The position numbers and the translations under genes are program-made. A DNA stretch of 64,000 bases from an uncultured Acidobacteriota bacterium (GTDB lineage: Bacteria; Acidobacteriota; Thermoanaerobaculia; Gp7-AA8), in NCBI GenBank assembly GCA_963822445.1, contig CAWGHO010000002.1:1664001-1728000 (forward strand). The letters are read 5' to 3'. The notes under the pieces are model-generated. The model made no database searches. It saw only the letters and a list, made by a program, of their open reading frames with translations, and was not told the origin of the DNA. Each line of letters starts with the position of its first letter. Positions within the stretch are counted from its first letter, which is position 1. This document shows, one piece after another, positions 19,753-28,891 of the stretch.

Positions 19753-20004
19753 ATGAAATCGGAGAACCTGGCCAGTCTTCCCGCGGTCGCTTACGACGAC
19801 GCGAACGCACGCGCGGCAGAGCACGTGCTGGAGGCGGTCCCGCTGCTGGATGGCGAAGACGCGCCCCTCCGGGATATTGCTTTGGTCGACGTGCGCCGGA
19901 ACATTCCAGCGCTGACGGCCGCGCTCGCGCAGCACCTGGGCAGCCTCTCGATTGAGATGCAGACCCTCTGCGACTTGCTCAGCACAGAGCGGCCGGCGAG
20001 CTGA
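19753..20004 (+). CDS. Hypothetical protein (83 aa)
   Basis: ATG-started helical ORF in an otherwise empty gap; no family recognised. Confidence 0.35.
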   Translation: MKSENLASLPAVAYDDANARAAEHVLEAVPLLDGEDAPLRDIALVDVRRNIPALTAALAQHLGSLSIEMQTLCDLLSTERPAS

Positions 20005-20107
20005 CTGCCGGCGGGCTGCTGCCGGACGTGGCGCGGCTCAGCTCGACGCCATTACAATCCCACCCCATGCGGCGTAACACCGCGCAACGTCTGGAGAGAG
20101 TGGCCTC

Positions 20108-20764
20108 GTGATCCGCATCGTCCTTGCCGATGATCACGACGTCGTTCGCGCCGGCCAGCGCGCGCTGCTCTCCTCCGAACCTGACTTCCGTGTCGTTGGC
20201 GTGGCTGCTGACGGTTTGGAAGCCGTCAAGGTCGTCGAGCAGCTGAAGCCGGACGTGCTGGTCGTCGATATCGCCATGCCGGGGCTGAACGGGATCGAGG
20301 TGGTGGCCAGGGTTCGAGCAGCTTCTCCGCGCGTGGCCATCGTGGTGTTCTCGATGCACAGCGGGCAATCCCATGTGGCCCAGGCATTTCGAAACGGAGC
20401 CAACGGGTATGTTTCGAAAGGCGCCCACGCCGAGGAGCTCGTACGAGCCATTCGCGCGGTGATGAGCGGCGAGCGTTACCTCGGACATCAGTTATCGATT
20501 CGGGCGGTGGAGTTGTATCTGGACGTGATCGCCGCAAGCGATGCCGACCCGTGGGAGTCGCTCTCGGCACGCGAGCGGGAAGTGCTCGGTCTCGCGGCGG
20601 AGGGACTCTCGAACGCGCAGATCGGCGAGCGGCTTTACATCAGTCCTCGCACGGTGGAGACACACCGCGCCAGCGTGATGCGGAAGCTCGGCTTGCGCGG
20701 GCAGACCGAGCTCGTGCTTTATGCCGTTCGGCGGGGACTGCTGTCGCTCGACGAGCACGTCTAG
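20108..20764 (+). CDS. NarL/LuxR-family response regulator
   Basis: LADDH, VDIAMP; LSAREREVL...SNAQIGERLYISPRTVETHR HTH. Confidence 0.95.
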   Translation: MIRIVLADDHDVVRAGQRALLSSEPDFRVVGVAADGLEAVKVVEQLKPDVLVVDIAMPGLNGIEVVARVRAASPRVAIVVFSMHSGQSHVAQAFRNGANGYVSKGAHAEELVRAIRAVMSGERYLGHQLSIRAVELYLDVIAASDADPWESLSAREREVLGLAAEGLSNAQIGERLYISPRTVETHRASVMRKLGLRGQTELVLYAVRRGLLSLDEHV

Positions 20765-20905
20765 GACGATCGTTTCCGAAATTGTGACCGGCGACGCGGG
20801 ACCTGTGTAGCGGTTCCGTCCGTAGCGCTACGGAGGCGCCCGGCATCTTGGGCGCGATTATTTCGTCCTGTAGAAGTTACTTACCGAACTCGAACGGGTG
20901 ACCTC

Positions 20906-22819
20906 GTGGACGCGCCACCAATCAAGATCCTCCACCTCGAAGATGTAGCGGCCGATGCGAAACTGATTCACCGGGTTCTGGAGCGCGCCGGATTGCGATT
21001 CACCCTGCGCCGCGTCGACAGCGAACAGCCATTCCGCGCAGCCATTGCCGACGAAATGCCGGACGTGATCCTCGCCGATCAGGTTCTTCCGGGGTTCGAC
21101 GGCATGAGCGCACTCCGCATCGTCAGAGAAATCGCGCCGGCGGTGCCGTTCATCTTCGTGTCCGGCTCCCTCGGAGAAGAGCGCGCGATCCAAACGTTGC
21201 ATGAGGGAGCCGCGGACTACATCCTCAAGGATCGGCTGACCCGTCTGCCGTCCGCGATCGAGCGCGCCCTGGAGGAGCGCGCATCGCAGCGCGCGCGGGA
21301 AGCCGCGGAAGCAGCGGTGGCCGAGAGCGAGCAACGCTTCCGTTACGCCACTCTGGCGACGCGGGACGTGATCTGGGACCACGACGTCGTCACGGGCAGG
21401 ATCTTTGTGAACGAGTCGCTGCAGACGCAGTGGGGGCATGAGGAGCGCGCCTGCATCGATATCGAATGGCTCATTTCGAACGTTCATCCCGATGACCGCG
21501 CAGGCGTATCCGCGTCGTACGAGCGGTTTCTCGCTTCCAAAAAGGAACGGTGGACGATCGAGCACCGCTTCCGTCGCGGCGACGGCTGGTACGGCTACTG
21601 CGTTCAGCGTGCTTTGGTATTGCGCGATGCCGATGGCCGGCCATTGCGCGTGATTGGTGCGATGCAGGATGTCACCGAGAGCCGCCGCCTGCAGGATCAG
21701 CTGGAACGCGCCGAGCGTGTGGAAAGTCTCGGACGGATCGCCGCAACCATCGCTCACGAGTTCAATAACGTACTGATGGGGATTCAGCCCATCGCGGAAG
21801 TGCTGATGCGCGCCAGTGAAGCCCGCACCGCGAGGATGGGCTCGAAGATCGTCGAATCGGTCGTGCGCGGACGAACCGTGGTCGACGAGATTCTCCGCAT
21901 TTCGCGCGTGCCGGATCCCGTGCTCGAGACCTTCGATCTGGCGGCCTTCGTCCGCGACATGCGCGCGGAAGCCGAAGCGGTGGTCGGACGCAACATCGCC
22001 GTGGACATCGCTACACCTCCCCGGCCCGCATGGATTCGCTGCGATCGGCGCCAGCTTCAGCAGGTACTGGCCAATCTGATCGTCAATGCTCGCGACGCCA
22101 TGCCGCGAGGCGGACGTCTATCGCTTGCGGTCGCGTCGCGCGACGCAGAAGTGGTGCTGTCGGTTTCTGATGACGGCAGCGGCATGCCCGCGGAAATCCG
22201 TGATCGCGTTTTCGAGCCGCTGTTCACCACCAAACGTCACGGCACCGGCCTCGGCCTCGCCGTCTCTGAGCGTCTGCTCCGGCAGAACAACGCTTCCATC
22301 ACCGTGGACAGCGCCGTCGGGCAGGGGACGACATTCCGCATCACCTTCGCCGCGGCGGACGAACGGCCCGCGGAGACGGGCGAGACGCTCCCCCTGCGGC
22401 GATTGAATCTGCCGCTGAGGATTTTGATCGTTGAAGACAATGTCAATGTGGCCGACGGCATCCGCATCCTGCTCGAGAGCGAAGGATTCGAAGCGCACGT
22501 CATCGAGCACGGCGAATATGCGCTCGACGCAGTCAACGCCTTGAAGCCCGACGTCCTGCTGCTGGATGTCAGCCTGCCGGACATATCCGGTGCGGAGGTA
22601 TTCGACCGCGTACGAGCCGTCGATCCCGATTTGCCGGTAGTGTTCATGAGCGGTCACATCGAGGCGGCGCGGCTGGACGATCGCATTGGCAATCCGAACG
22701 TCGGGTTCATGCGCAAACCGTTCGGCCTGGAGACATTATTGAAGATCCTCGATCAGACGCTGCCGGCTGCGGAACAGCGGATGAGCGACGGAGGTGCCAA
22801 TGTCTCGACGGGAGTCTGA
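20906..22819 (+). CDS. Hybrid kinase REC-PAS-HisKA-HATPase-REC
   Basis: N-terminal REC; VHPDD PAS; AHEFNN; NARDAMP; GTGLGL; C-terminal REC. Confidence 0.93.
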   Translation: MDAPPIKILHLEDVAADAKLIHRVLERAGLRFTLRRVDSEQPFRAAIADEMPDVILADQVLPGFDGMSALRIVREIAPAVPFIFVSGSLGEERAIQTLHEGAADYILKDRLTRLPSAIERALEERASQRAREAAEAAVAESEQRFRYATLATRDVIWDHDVVTGRIFVNESLQTQWGHEERACIDIEWLISNVHPDDRAGVSASYERFLASKKERWTIEHRFRRGDGWYGYCVQRALVLRDADGRPLRVIGAMQDVTESRRLQDQLERAERVESLGRIAATIAHEFNNVLMGIQPIAEVLMRASEARTARMGSKIVESVVRGRTVVDEILRISRVPDPVLETFDLAAFVRDMRAEAEAVVGRNIAVDIATPPRPAWIRCDRRQLQQVLANLIVNARDAMPRGGRLSLAVASRDAEVVLSVSDDGSGMPAEIRDRVFEPLFTTKRHGTGLGLAVSERLLRQNNASITVDSAVGQGTTFRITFAAADERPAETGETLPLRRLNLPLRILIVEDNVNVADGIRILLESEGFEAHVIEHGEYALDAVNALKPDVLLLDVSLPDISGAEVFDRVRAVDPDLPVVFMSGHIEAARLDDRIGNPNVGFMRKPFGLETLLKILDQTLPAAEQRMSDGGANVSTGV

Positions 22820-24611
22820 GTCCAGCACGGACAGGGGTGCGGTGCGCGCGCGCGCGTTGCACGACCTCGAGGCGCGTTTCGACATCCTCTCCGATGCAGT
22901 CCTGGTCGAGGCGAACGATGTCTGGGTCTATGCGAATCCTGCGGCTTTCTCGCTGCTCGGCTGCAGGACTCCATACGACCTGATCGGCAAACCCATCTTC
23001 GACATCGTCGCTCCCGAGGGCCGCGCCGCCGCGGAGGCCCGAAAGAAAAAGGCGCTTGCGGGTGGGCGGAACGTGGCCGCTCGGCAGCGCCTCGTTCGCG
23101 CGGATGGCGTGACGTTCGAGGCGGAAATCTCGTCACAGACGATCCGTCTGTTCCCCGGTTCCAGAAACGTGATGATCGTCGTCCGGGACATTACCGAGCG
23201 CCTCACCGAGGAGATGCGCTTCATGGTCACATTCGAGCAGGCCGCGGTGGGGATGGCCCATATCGCGCCGGACGGCCGATGGCTTCGCGTGAACTCCGCG
23301 CTTGGCCGGATGGTCGGCTACGAACGAAGCAGCCTGCTCGAACGGACCATCGACGACATCACCTTCAGCGCGGACCGGGGCCGGGACGCCCGCGAAATGG
23401 AGGCTTTGATCGCCGGCAGGGAAGAGACGTGCTCGATCGAGAAGCGGCTGGTGCGAAGCGACGGCAGCGTTTTCTGGGTCAACTGCACGCGGTCGGTCGC
23501 GTTCCTTCCCGACGGATCGGCCGACTTCGTCATCGCCGTGATCGAGAACATCGATGACCGAAAACGCGCGCAGGAGGCGTTGCGTGCGAGTGAGGAGCGC
23601 TTTCGCCATCTCGTCGAGTTCGGCAGTGAGCTGATCGTCGTGGTCGATGCAGACGGCTGCATGAAGTACATCTCCCCCACGGTGACGTCGCTGCTCGGCT
23701 ACGCGTCGTCGGAGGTGATCGGCCGGAGCGCATTCGACTTCATCCACCCGGACGATCTGCCAGGAAGCCTGGAACGCGTGCGCAGGGTCGCTGCGACGCC
23801 GCGCGCTCGCGAGAACGCCACCATTCGTCTTCAGTCGATCGAACGCGGGTGGCGTACGTTCGAGATCTCGACGATGAACCTGCTCGATGATCCGTCCGTC
23901 GCCGGGCTTGTCATCAACGGCCACGACAGCACCGAAACGACGCGCATGACCGAAGAGCTGGCGCAGATGCGCCGCGTCGAAAGCCTGGGCCGCGTGGCGG
24001 CCGCCGTTGCCCACGAATTCAACAACGTCCTGGCGGGCGCCGACGCCTTCGCCAGCGTTCTCGCGCGGAAAAAGGATCCGTCGATCGAGCCGATCGTACG
24101 CGGGTTCAAAGCGGCGATCAGCCGTGGAAAAAACATCACCGCGCCGATCCTCCAGTACGCCAAACCGGAGCAGGTGATCCGCAAGGAAATCGACGTACGT
24201 GCCTGGCTTCGCGATCTCCAGACCGATCTCGAGCCGCTCCTGGCCGACCGCAACCCCCTCGTTGTCGAGGTCACCGGCGAGAATGTGCTTTGTGGCGACC
24301 GGCGGCAGCTCTCGCAGGTCATGACCAACCTGATTCTCAATGCCCGCGAGTCGTCGCCGGCCGGCGCGCCGATCACCGTCGTAGTCTGTTTAGGCGGCCG
24401 TGACGGCAATGTGCTGGAAGTCCGCGACAGCGGTCACGGCATCCCCACGGCATCGATCGACAGAATCTTCGAACCGCTCTTCACCACCAAACACAACGGA
24501 ACCGGCCTTGGACTCGCGGTGGCGCAGCAGGTCGTGCTCCGTCACGGCGGATCGATCAGCGTGAGCAGCGAACCGGGAGTGGGATCGACGTTTACCGTTA
24601 CGCTGCCTTGA
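22800..24611 (+). CDS. Triple-PAS histidine kinase
   Basis: Three PAS domains; AHEFNN; NARE; DSGHGI; GTGLGL. Confidence 0.92.
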   Translation: MSRRESESSTDRGAVRARALHDLEARFDILSDAVLVEANDVWVYANPAAFSLLGCRTPYDLIGKPIFDIVAPEGRAAAEARKKKALAGGRNVAARQRLVRADGVTFEAEISSQTIRLFPGSRNVMIVVRDITERLTEEMRFMVTFEQAAVGMAHIAPDGRWLRVNSALGRMVGYERSSLLERTIDDITFSADRGRDAREMEALIAGREETCSIEKRLVRSDGSVFWVNCTRSVAFLPDGSADFVIAVIENIDDRKRAQEALRASEERFRHLVEFGSELIVVVDADGCMKYISPTVTSLLGYASSEVIGRSAFDFIHPDDLPGSLERVRRVAATPRARENATIRLQSIERGWRTFEISTMNLLDDPSVAGLVINGHDSTETTRMTEELAQMRRVESLGRVAAAVAHEFNNVLAGADAFASVLARKKDPSIEPIVRGFKAAISRGKNITAPILQYAKPEQVIRKEIDVRAWLRDLQTDLEPLLADRNPLVVEVTGENVLCGDRRQLSQVMTNLILNARESSPAGAPITVVVCLGGRDGNVLEVRDSGHGIPTASIDRIFEPLFTTKHNGTGLGLAVAQQVVLRHGGSISVSSEPGVGSTFTVTLP

Positions 24612-24630
24612 GCGATCGCTCACATGCGGG

Positions 24631-24669
24631 TTGACAAATGTGAAAGTCATATGCATATTGGCGCATATG
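24631..24669 (+). promoter_or_regulatory. Sigma70 promoter overlapped by an inverted-repeat operator (arsM)
   Basis: TTGACA(24631)-17 nt-CATATT(24654); inverted repeat CATATGC-N8-GCATATG at 24648-24669. Confidence 0.65.
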
Positions 24670-25476
24670 AACGACATCAAAGAAGCAGTGCGCGAGAAAT
24701 ACGGGGAGGCGGCACGCGCGGTCGCCTCGGGTGAGAAAACCTCCTGCTGCAGCCGCAAGACCAGTTGCGACCCCATCACCTCCGATCTCTACGAAGGCAG
24801 CCAGACGGCCGCCATCCCTGAAGACGCGCTCATGGCGTCGCTGGGCTGCGGCAATCCGGTGCTGCTCGCCCAGCTCAACGAAGGCGAGACCGTCCTTGAC
24901 CTCGGCAGCGGCGGCGGCATCGACGTCTTCCTCTCCGCGAAACGCGTCGGCCCCACGGGCAAGGTCTACGGGCTGGACATGACCGACGAGATGCTGGCCC
25001 TGGCCAACGAGAACAAGAAGAAGGCCGGCGTGCAGAACGTCGAGTTTCTGAAGGGCGAGATCGAGAGCATCCCGCTGCCCGACAACTCCGTCGACGTGAT
25101 CATCTCCAACTGCGTGATCAACCTCTCCGCCGACAAGGGCCGCGTGTTGCGCGAAGCGTTCCGCGTGCTCAAGCCGGGTGGACGGTTCGCGGTGTCCGAC
25201 GTCGTTCGCCGCGATGGCGACATCCCCGAGGAGATCGCGCGGAATGTGGAGCTCTGGATCGGATGCGTGGCCGGCGCCCTCGCCGTCAGCGAGTACGAAC
25301 GCCTCCTCGGCCAAGCAGGATTCGAGAGCATCGGCATCGAGCCGACGCGCATCTACCGTCTCGACGACGCGAAGTCGTTCCTGGCCGATGCCGGGATCGA
25401 CGCCGAGTCGCTGCCGCCGGAGATCGACGGCGCGTTCATGAGCGGATTCGTGCGCGCGACCAAGCCGCGCGGCTAG
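24667..25476 (+). CDS. arsM: Arsenite S-adenosylmethionine methyltransferase
   Basis: VREKYG, SCC, SLGCGNP, LDLGSGGG, ISNCVINLS and WIGCVAGA; the conserved Cys residues are present. Confidence 0.93.
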   Translation: MNDIKEAVREKYGEAARAVASGEKTSCCSRKTSCDPITSDLYEGSQTAAIPEDALMASLGCGNPVLLAQLNEGETVLDLGSGGGIDVFLSAKRVGPTGKVYGLDMTDEMLALANENKKKAGVQNVEFLKGEIESIPLPDNSVDVIISNCVINLSADKGRVLREAFRVLKPGGRFAVSDVVRRDGDIPEEIARNVELWIGCVAGALAVSEYERLLGQAGFESIGIEPTRIYRLDDAKSFLADAGIDAESLPPEIDGAFMSGFVRATKPRG

Positions 25477-25487
25477 AATCCGCGCCC

Positions 25488-26129
25488 ATGAAAGATCGCA
25501 TCGATGCCGTCGTCCGCCGCGATCAGGCGGAGTATCTCCAGTCCCTCCAACCGCCGCGCGACGCGCTGCTGGAACGGATGGAGAAGCTCGCGGCGGACGA
25601 AGGGCATCCGATCGCCGATCCGGAAGTCGCGCAGCTGATCCGCATTCTCGTCCGCGCCGCGCGGCCGCGCCGCGTGCTCGAAGTGGGCACGAACATCGGC
25701 TACTCGGTGATCGTGATGGGGAGGGAGTGCGATCAGGACGTGGTCGTGGAGACGATCGAGATCGATCACAACACGCTCACCACGGCGCGCGGATTCGTGT
25801 CCGAGGCCTCGCTGCCGTGCCGGGTGGTCTTCCATGAAGGGGCGGCGCTGGATGTCATCCCGCGCCTGACCGGGCCGTTCGATTTCGTCTTCATCGACTG
25901 CGTGAAGACCGAGTACCAGCAGTACCTCGATCTCCTCCTGCCGAAGCTCGAGCGCGGCGCGCTGGTGGTCTGCGACAACCTTCTGTGGAAAGGGCAAGTC
26001 GCGGCGGGACACCACGACGCGGCGACGGATGCCCTGCGCGCATTCAACAAACGCATCGCCAATGACCCGCGGCTGGTGACGTCGATTTTGCCGCTGGGCG
26101 ATGGGACTGGCGTGTCGGTAGTCGTTTGA
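25488..26129 (+). CDS. O-methyltransferase (YrrM/caffeoyl-CoA type)
   Basis: LEVGTNIGYS, FDFVFIDCVK, DNLLWKG, LPLGDG. Confidence 0.9.
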   Translation: MKDRIDAVVRRDQAEYLQSLQPPRDALLERMEKLAADEGHPIADPEVAQLIRILVRAARPRRVLEVGTNIGYSVIVMGRECDQDVVVETIEIDHNTLTTARGFVSEASLPCRVVFHEGAALDVIPRLTGPFDFVFIDCVKTEYQQYLDLLLPKLERGALVVCDNLLWKGQVAAGHHDAATDALRAFNKRIANDPRLVTSILPLGDGTGVSVVV

Positions 26130-26130
26130 G

Positions 26131-26197
26131 GTTGCTGGGTTGCTGAGTTGCTAGGTTGCTGGGCGGGTGGGACCCAGCAACTCAGCAACCCAGCAAC
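26131..26197. repeat. Inverted array of octamer repeats (GTTGCTRR x4 / YCAGCAAC x3)
   Basis: Read directly; lies between convergent genes. Confidence 0.85.
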
Positions 26198-26226
26198 AAA
26201 AAGGGCCGGCGTGAGCCGGCCCTTGT
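26198..26226 (-). terminator. Intrinsic terminator, possibly bidirectional
   Basis: AAAAAGGGCCGGC-GTGA-GCCGGCCCTT; U-tract on the minus strand downstream of the DUF1573 gene. Confidence 0.8.
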
Positions 26227-26246
26227 CAGCAACCAATGTTGAATTC

Positions 26247-27308
26247 CTAGCTGGCAGTTTTGACCATCGCCTTGACCGGGATGGTCACGACGGGCTTGAC
26301 CTTGTCGCTGGTGTGGATGGTGATCTCGCCGGCGAGGTCGCCCGGCTTGGCGGTCTTGGCGACCTGCAGGGTCACTTCGTACTCGCCCTTCTTCTCGGTC
26401 GGCTTGACCAGGGCGGTGACGCCGGGGACGCTCGACTCGACCTTGCTGACCACGAAGTTCTCCGGGGTCTTGAGGTTGTTCGAACGGAGGGTCACGGTGC
26501 GCGTCGCACCCGAATCCGTGAAGGCGACTTCGCCGAAATTGACCGCGGTCGGCTCGACGCGGAAGGTCGGGCGGACGACGCCGGCGACGCTGATCCAGTA
26601 CTCCGGCTGGTGCTTGGAGTTCGTGACCACGCGGATCTTCTCGGCGAGCGGTCCGATCTTCGTGTCATTGCCGCCGACGGTGATGTCGAGCTTGTACTGA
26701 TCCTGGCCGGGACGGCCGATGTTCGCGACCGGGCCGGCCTTGTCAGCCTTCGCGTGAGCGACCTTGATCCAGGGCTGCGGGCTCTCGATCTTGACGATCT
26801 CGAACGGCTCCGCCTCTTCCGAGTAGAGCGTGAGGGTCTGCGTCTCGGCGTCGCCCTGCAGCATGTTGAAGCGGACGAAGCCGGCCGGGTAAGCCTCGAC
26901 GTACGGCTTCACGATCGCGGAGATCGTGAGCTGCGCGGTCGGGGTGTTCGGGTCGTTCGTCTCCAGGGTCACCGACTTGCTGATCGGGCCGGCGAACGTG
27001 ACCGTGTCGACGTGGGCCGTCACCTTGCCGCTCTGGCCAGGCTTGATCAGCTTGTCGAAGTCGGCCACGGTGCAGCCGCAGGCCGGCTTGGCAGCGATGA
27101 TCTCGAGATCCGCGTTGCCCGTGTTCTTGACCACGAATGCATACGTGATCTTTTCGCCCTTGGGAACGGTCCCGAAGTCTTTGACCGGCTCGACCAGAGT
27201 CAGGCGCGGGGCGGGTTTCTCAGTGCTGGCCTTTTCCTGGGCGATCGCGAACGGAGCCGCGACGGCGAGGACAAGGGCGAGCGTGATGACAGTCATTCGC
27301 TTCGACAT
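26247..27308 (-). CDS. Secreted DUF1573/Ig-like domain protein
   Basis: Signal peptide; DFGTV...KNTGNADL...PACGCT...IKPGQSG signature; further Ig-like repeats. Confidence 0.85.
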   Translation of the reverse strand: MSKRMTVITLALVLAVAAPFAIAQEKASTEKPAPRLTLVEPVKDFGTVPKGEKITYAFVVKNTGNADLEIIAAKPACGCTVADFDKLIKPGQSGKVTAHVDTVTFAGPISKSVTLETNDPNTPTAQLTISAIVKPYVEAYPAGFVRFNMLQGDAETQTLTLYSEEAEPFEIVKIESPQPWIKVAHAKADKAGPVANIGRPGQDQYKLDITVGGNDTKIGPLAEKIRVVTNSKHQPEYWISVAGVVRPTFRVEPTAVNFGEVAFTDSGATRTVTLRSNNLKTPENFVVSKVESSVPGVTALVKPTEKKGEYEVTLQVAKTAKPGDLAGEITIHTSDKVKPVVTIPVKAMVKTAS

Positions 27309-27432
27309 TGCGCAGATTCCTCCTGTTGATTACTGCAGAGTGGCTTGGACGTTCCGAACATGCCCCCGAGGATGACCATTCCAATCGGTCTTCCCCGGCG
27401 GGCGCATGGATTTTGCGATACAAGGCGGCCTG

Positions 27433-28875
27433 ATGCCTCACGTCAAAGAACTTACCGAAGTCAAGCGTGTCTACCTGATCGGGATTTGCGGCACCGCCAT
27501 GGCCTCACTGGCCGGCATGCTCCAGCAGCGCGGGTACGAGGTCGGCGGGTCGGACGAGCACGTCTATCCCCCCATGTCCACATACCTGGAGCGTCTGGGC
27601 ATCCCGGTGCTCGAGGGGTATACGAAAGACCACCTCGAAACGTTCCGCCCCGACCTGGTGGTGATCGGCAATGTTGCGGCTGTAACAAATGCCGAGGCGG
27701 CCGCGACCGTGGAGCTCGACCTGCCCTACACCTCGATGCCCGAGGCGATCTACCACCTGTTCATCAAGGGAAAGCACTCCATCGTCGTGTCCGGGACTCA
27801 CGGGAAGACCACCACCACCTCTCTCATGGCCTGGCTCCTCGAAGCGGCGGGCCGCGATCCGTCGATGGTCGTCGGCGGGATCCCGGTGAATTTCAATCAG
27901 AACTTCAAGCTCGGCGCCGGCCCGGACTTCGTGATCGAAGGCGACGAGTACAACACCGCCTTCTTCGACAAAGGTCCGAAGTTCCTGCACTACCACGCCA
28001 ACACGCTCCTCCTGAACAACATCGAGTTCGACCACGCCGACATCTACGCGGACCTCGAAGCGATCCTGGAAGCCTTCCGCAAAGCGGTCCGCCAGGTCGA
28101 TCCCAACGACGTGATCGTCGCCAATGGCGATGACAAGAACGTGATGTCGCTGCGCGGCGAAGCAAAAGCGCGCTGGGTGACGTTCGGCTGGGACCGCGGC
28201 TGCGATGCCTTCGCCACCGATGCCGAGGAGCATGCCGAGGGGACTGATTTCACGGCGTGGTGGGAGGGGAAGGAGTGGTTTCGCTTTCGGACCACCCTCT
28301 CCGGCCGCCACAACGTGCTCAACGCCCTGGCTGACGCCGTGATCGCCAGGCAGCGCGGCCTTTCCGCGGAAGAGATCCAGAAAGGTCTGGGCAGCTTCCA
28401 GGGCATCAAGAGAAGGATGGAAGTGCGCGGCGTGGAGCGCGGCGTGACCGTGATCGACGACTTCGCGCATCACCCGACGGCAATCGACACGACCCTCGCC
28501 GGCGCGCGCAAGCGTTACGCGGGGCAGCGCATCTGGGCCCTGTTCGAGCCGCGGTCGATCTCGTCGTCGCGCAAGGAGTTCGAGGCCGGCTACGTCGACG
28601 CGTTTCATCAGGCCGACCGGGTCATCATCGGCCCGATCTTTCACCAGGAGCGCTACGAGACCCGGTATGGCCTCGACAAGATGATGTCCGTGGCCGACAT
28701 CGCCAAACGGCTCGACAAGGACGGCGTGCCGGTCGAGCACATCCCGGACTTCGATGACATCGCCAAACGCGTCGCCGCCGAAGCAAAGGATGGCGACGTC
28801 GTCGTGGTCATGTCCTCGGGCGCATTCGGCGGAGTCCACGAGAAGATCCTGGAACGTCTGCGCACGACCGCCTGA
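27433..28875 (+). CDS. mpl: Mur ligase, Mpl/MurC family (murein peptide ligase)
   Basis: IGICGTAMASLA, YPPMS, GTHGKTTT, EGDEY, EFDHADIY, DDFAHHPTAI, FEPRS. Confidence 0.9.
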   Translation: MPHVKELTEVKRVYLIGICGTAMASLAGMLQQRGYEVGGSDEHVYPPMSTYLERLGIPVLEGYTKDHLETFRPDLVVIGNVAAVTNAEAAATVELDLPYTSMPEAIYHLFIKGKHSIVVSGTHGKTTTTSLMAWLLEAAGRDPSMVVGGIPVNFNQNFKLGAGPDFVIEGDEYNTAFFDKGPKFLHYHANTLLLNNIEFDHADIYADLEAILEAFRKAVRQVDPNDVIVANGDDKNVMSLRGEAKARWVTFGWDRGCDAFATDAEEHAEGTDFTAWWEGKEWFRFRTTLSGRHNVLNALADAVIARQRGLSAEEIQKGLGSFQGIKRRMEVRGVERGVTVIDDFAHHPTAIDTTLAGARKRYAGQRIWALFEPRSISSSRKEFEAGYVDAFHQADRVIIGPIFHQERYETRYGLDKMMSVADIAKRLDKDGVPVEHIPDFDDIAKRVAAEAKDGDVVVVMSSGAFGGVHEKILERLRTTA

Positions 28876-28891
28876 GCGGTACCATTCGCCG

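Noticed and set aside
20795-20817. GGAAC-N16-CGTC on the minus strand, antisense to the NarL gene
   Set aside because: Imperfect match in GC-rich DNA with no downstream gene; could be chance.
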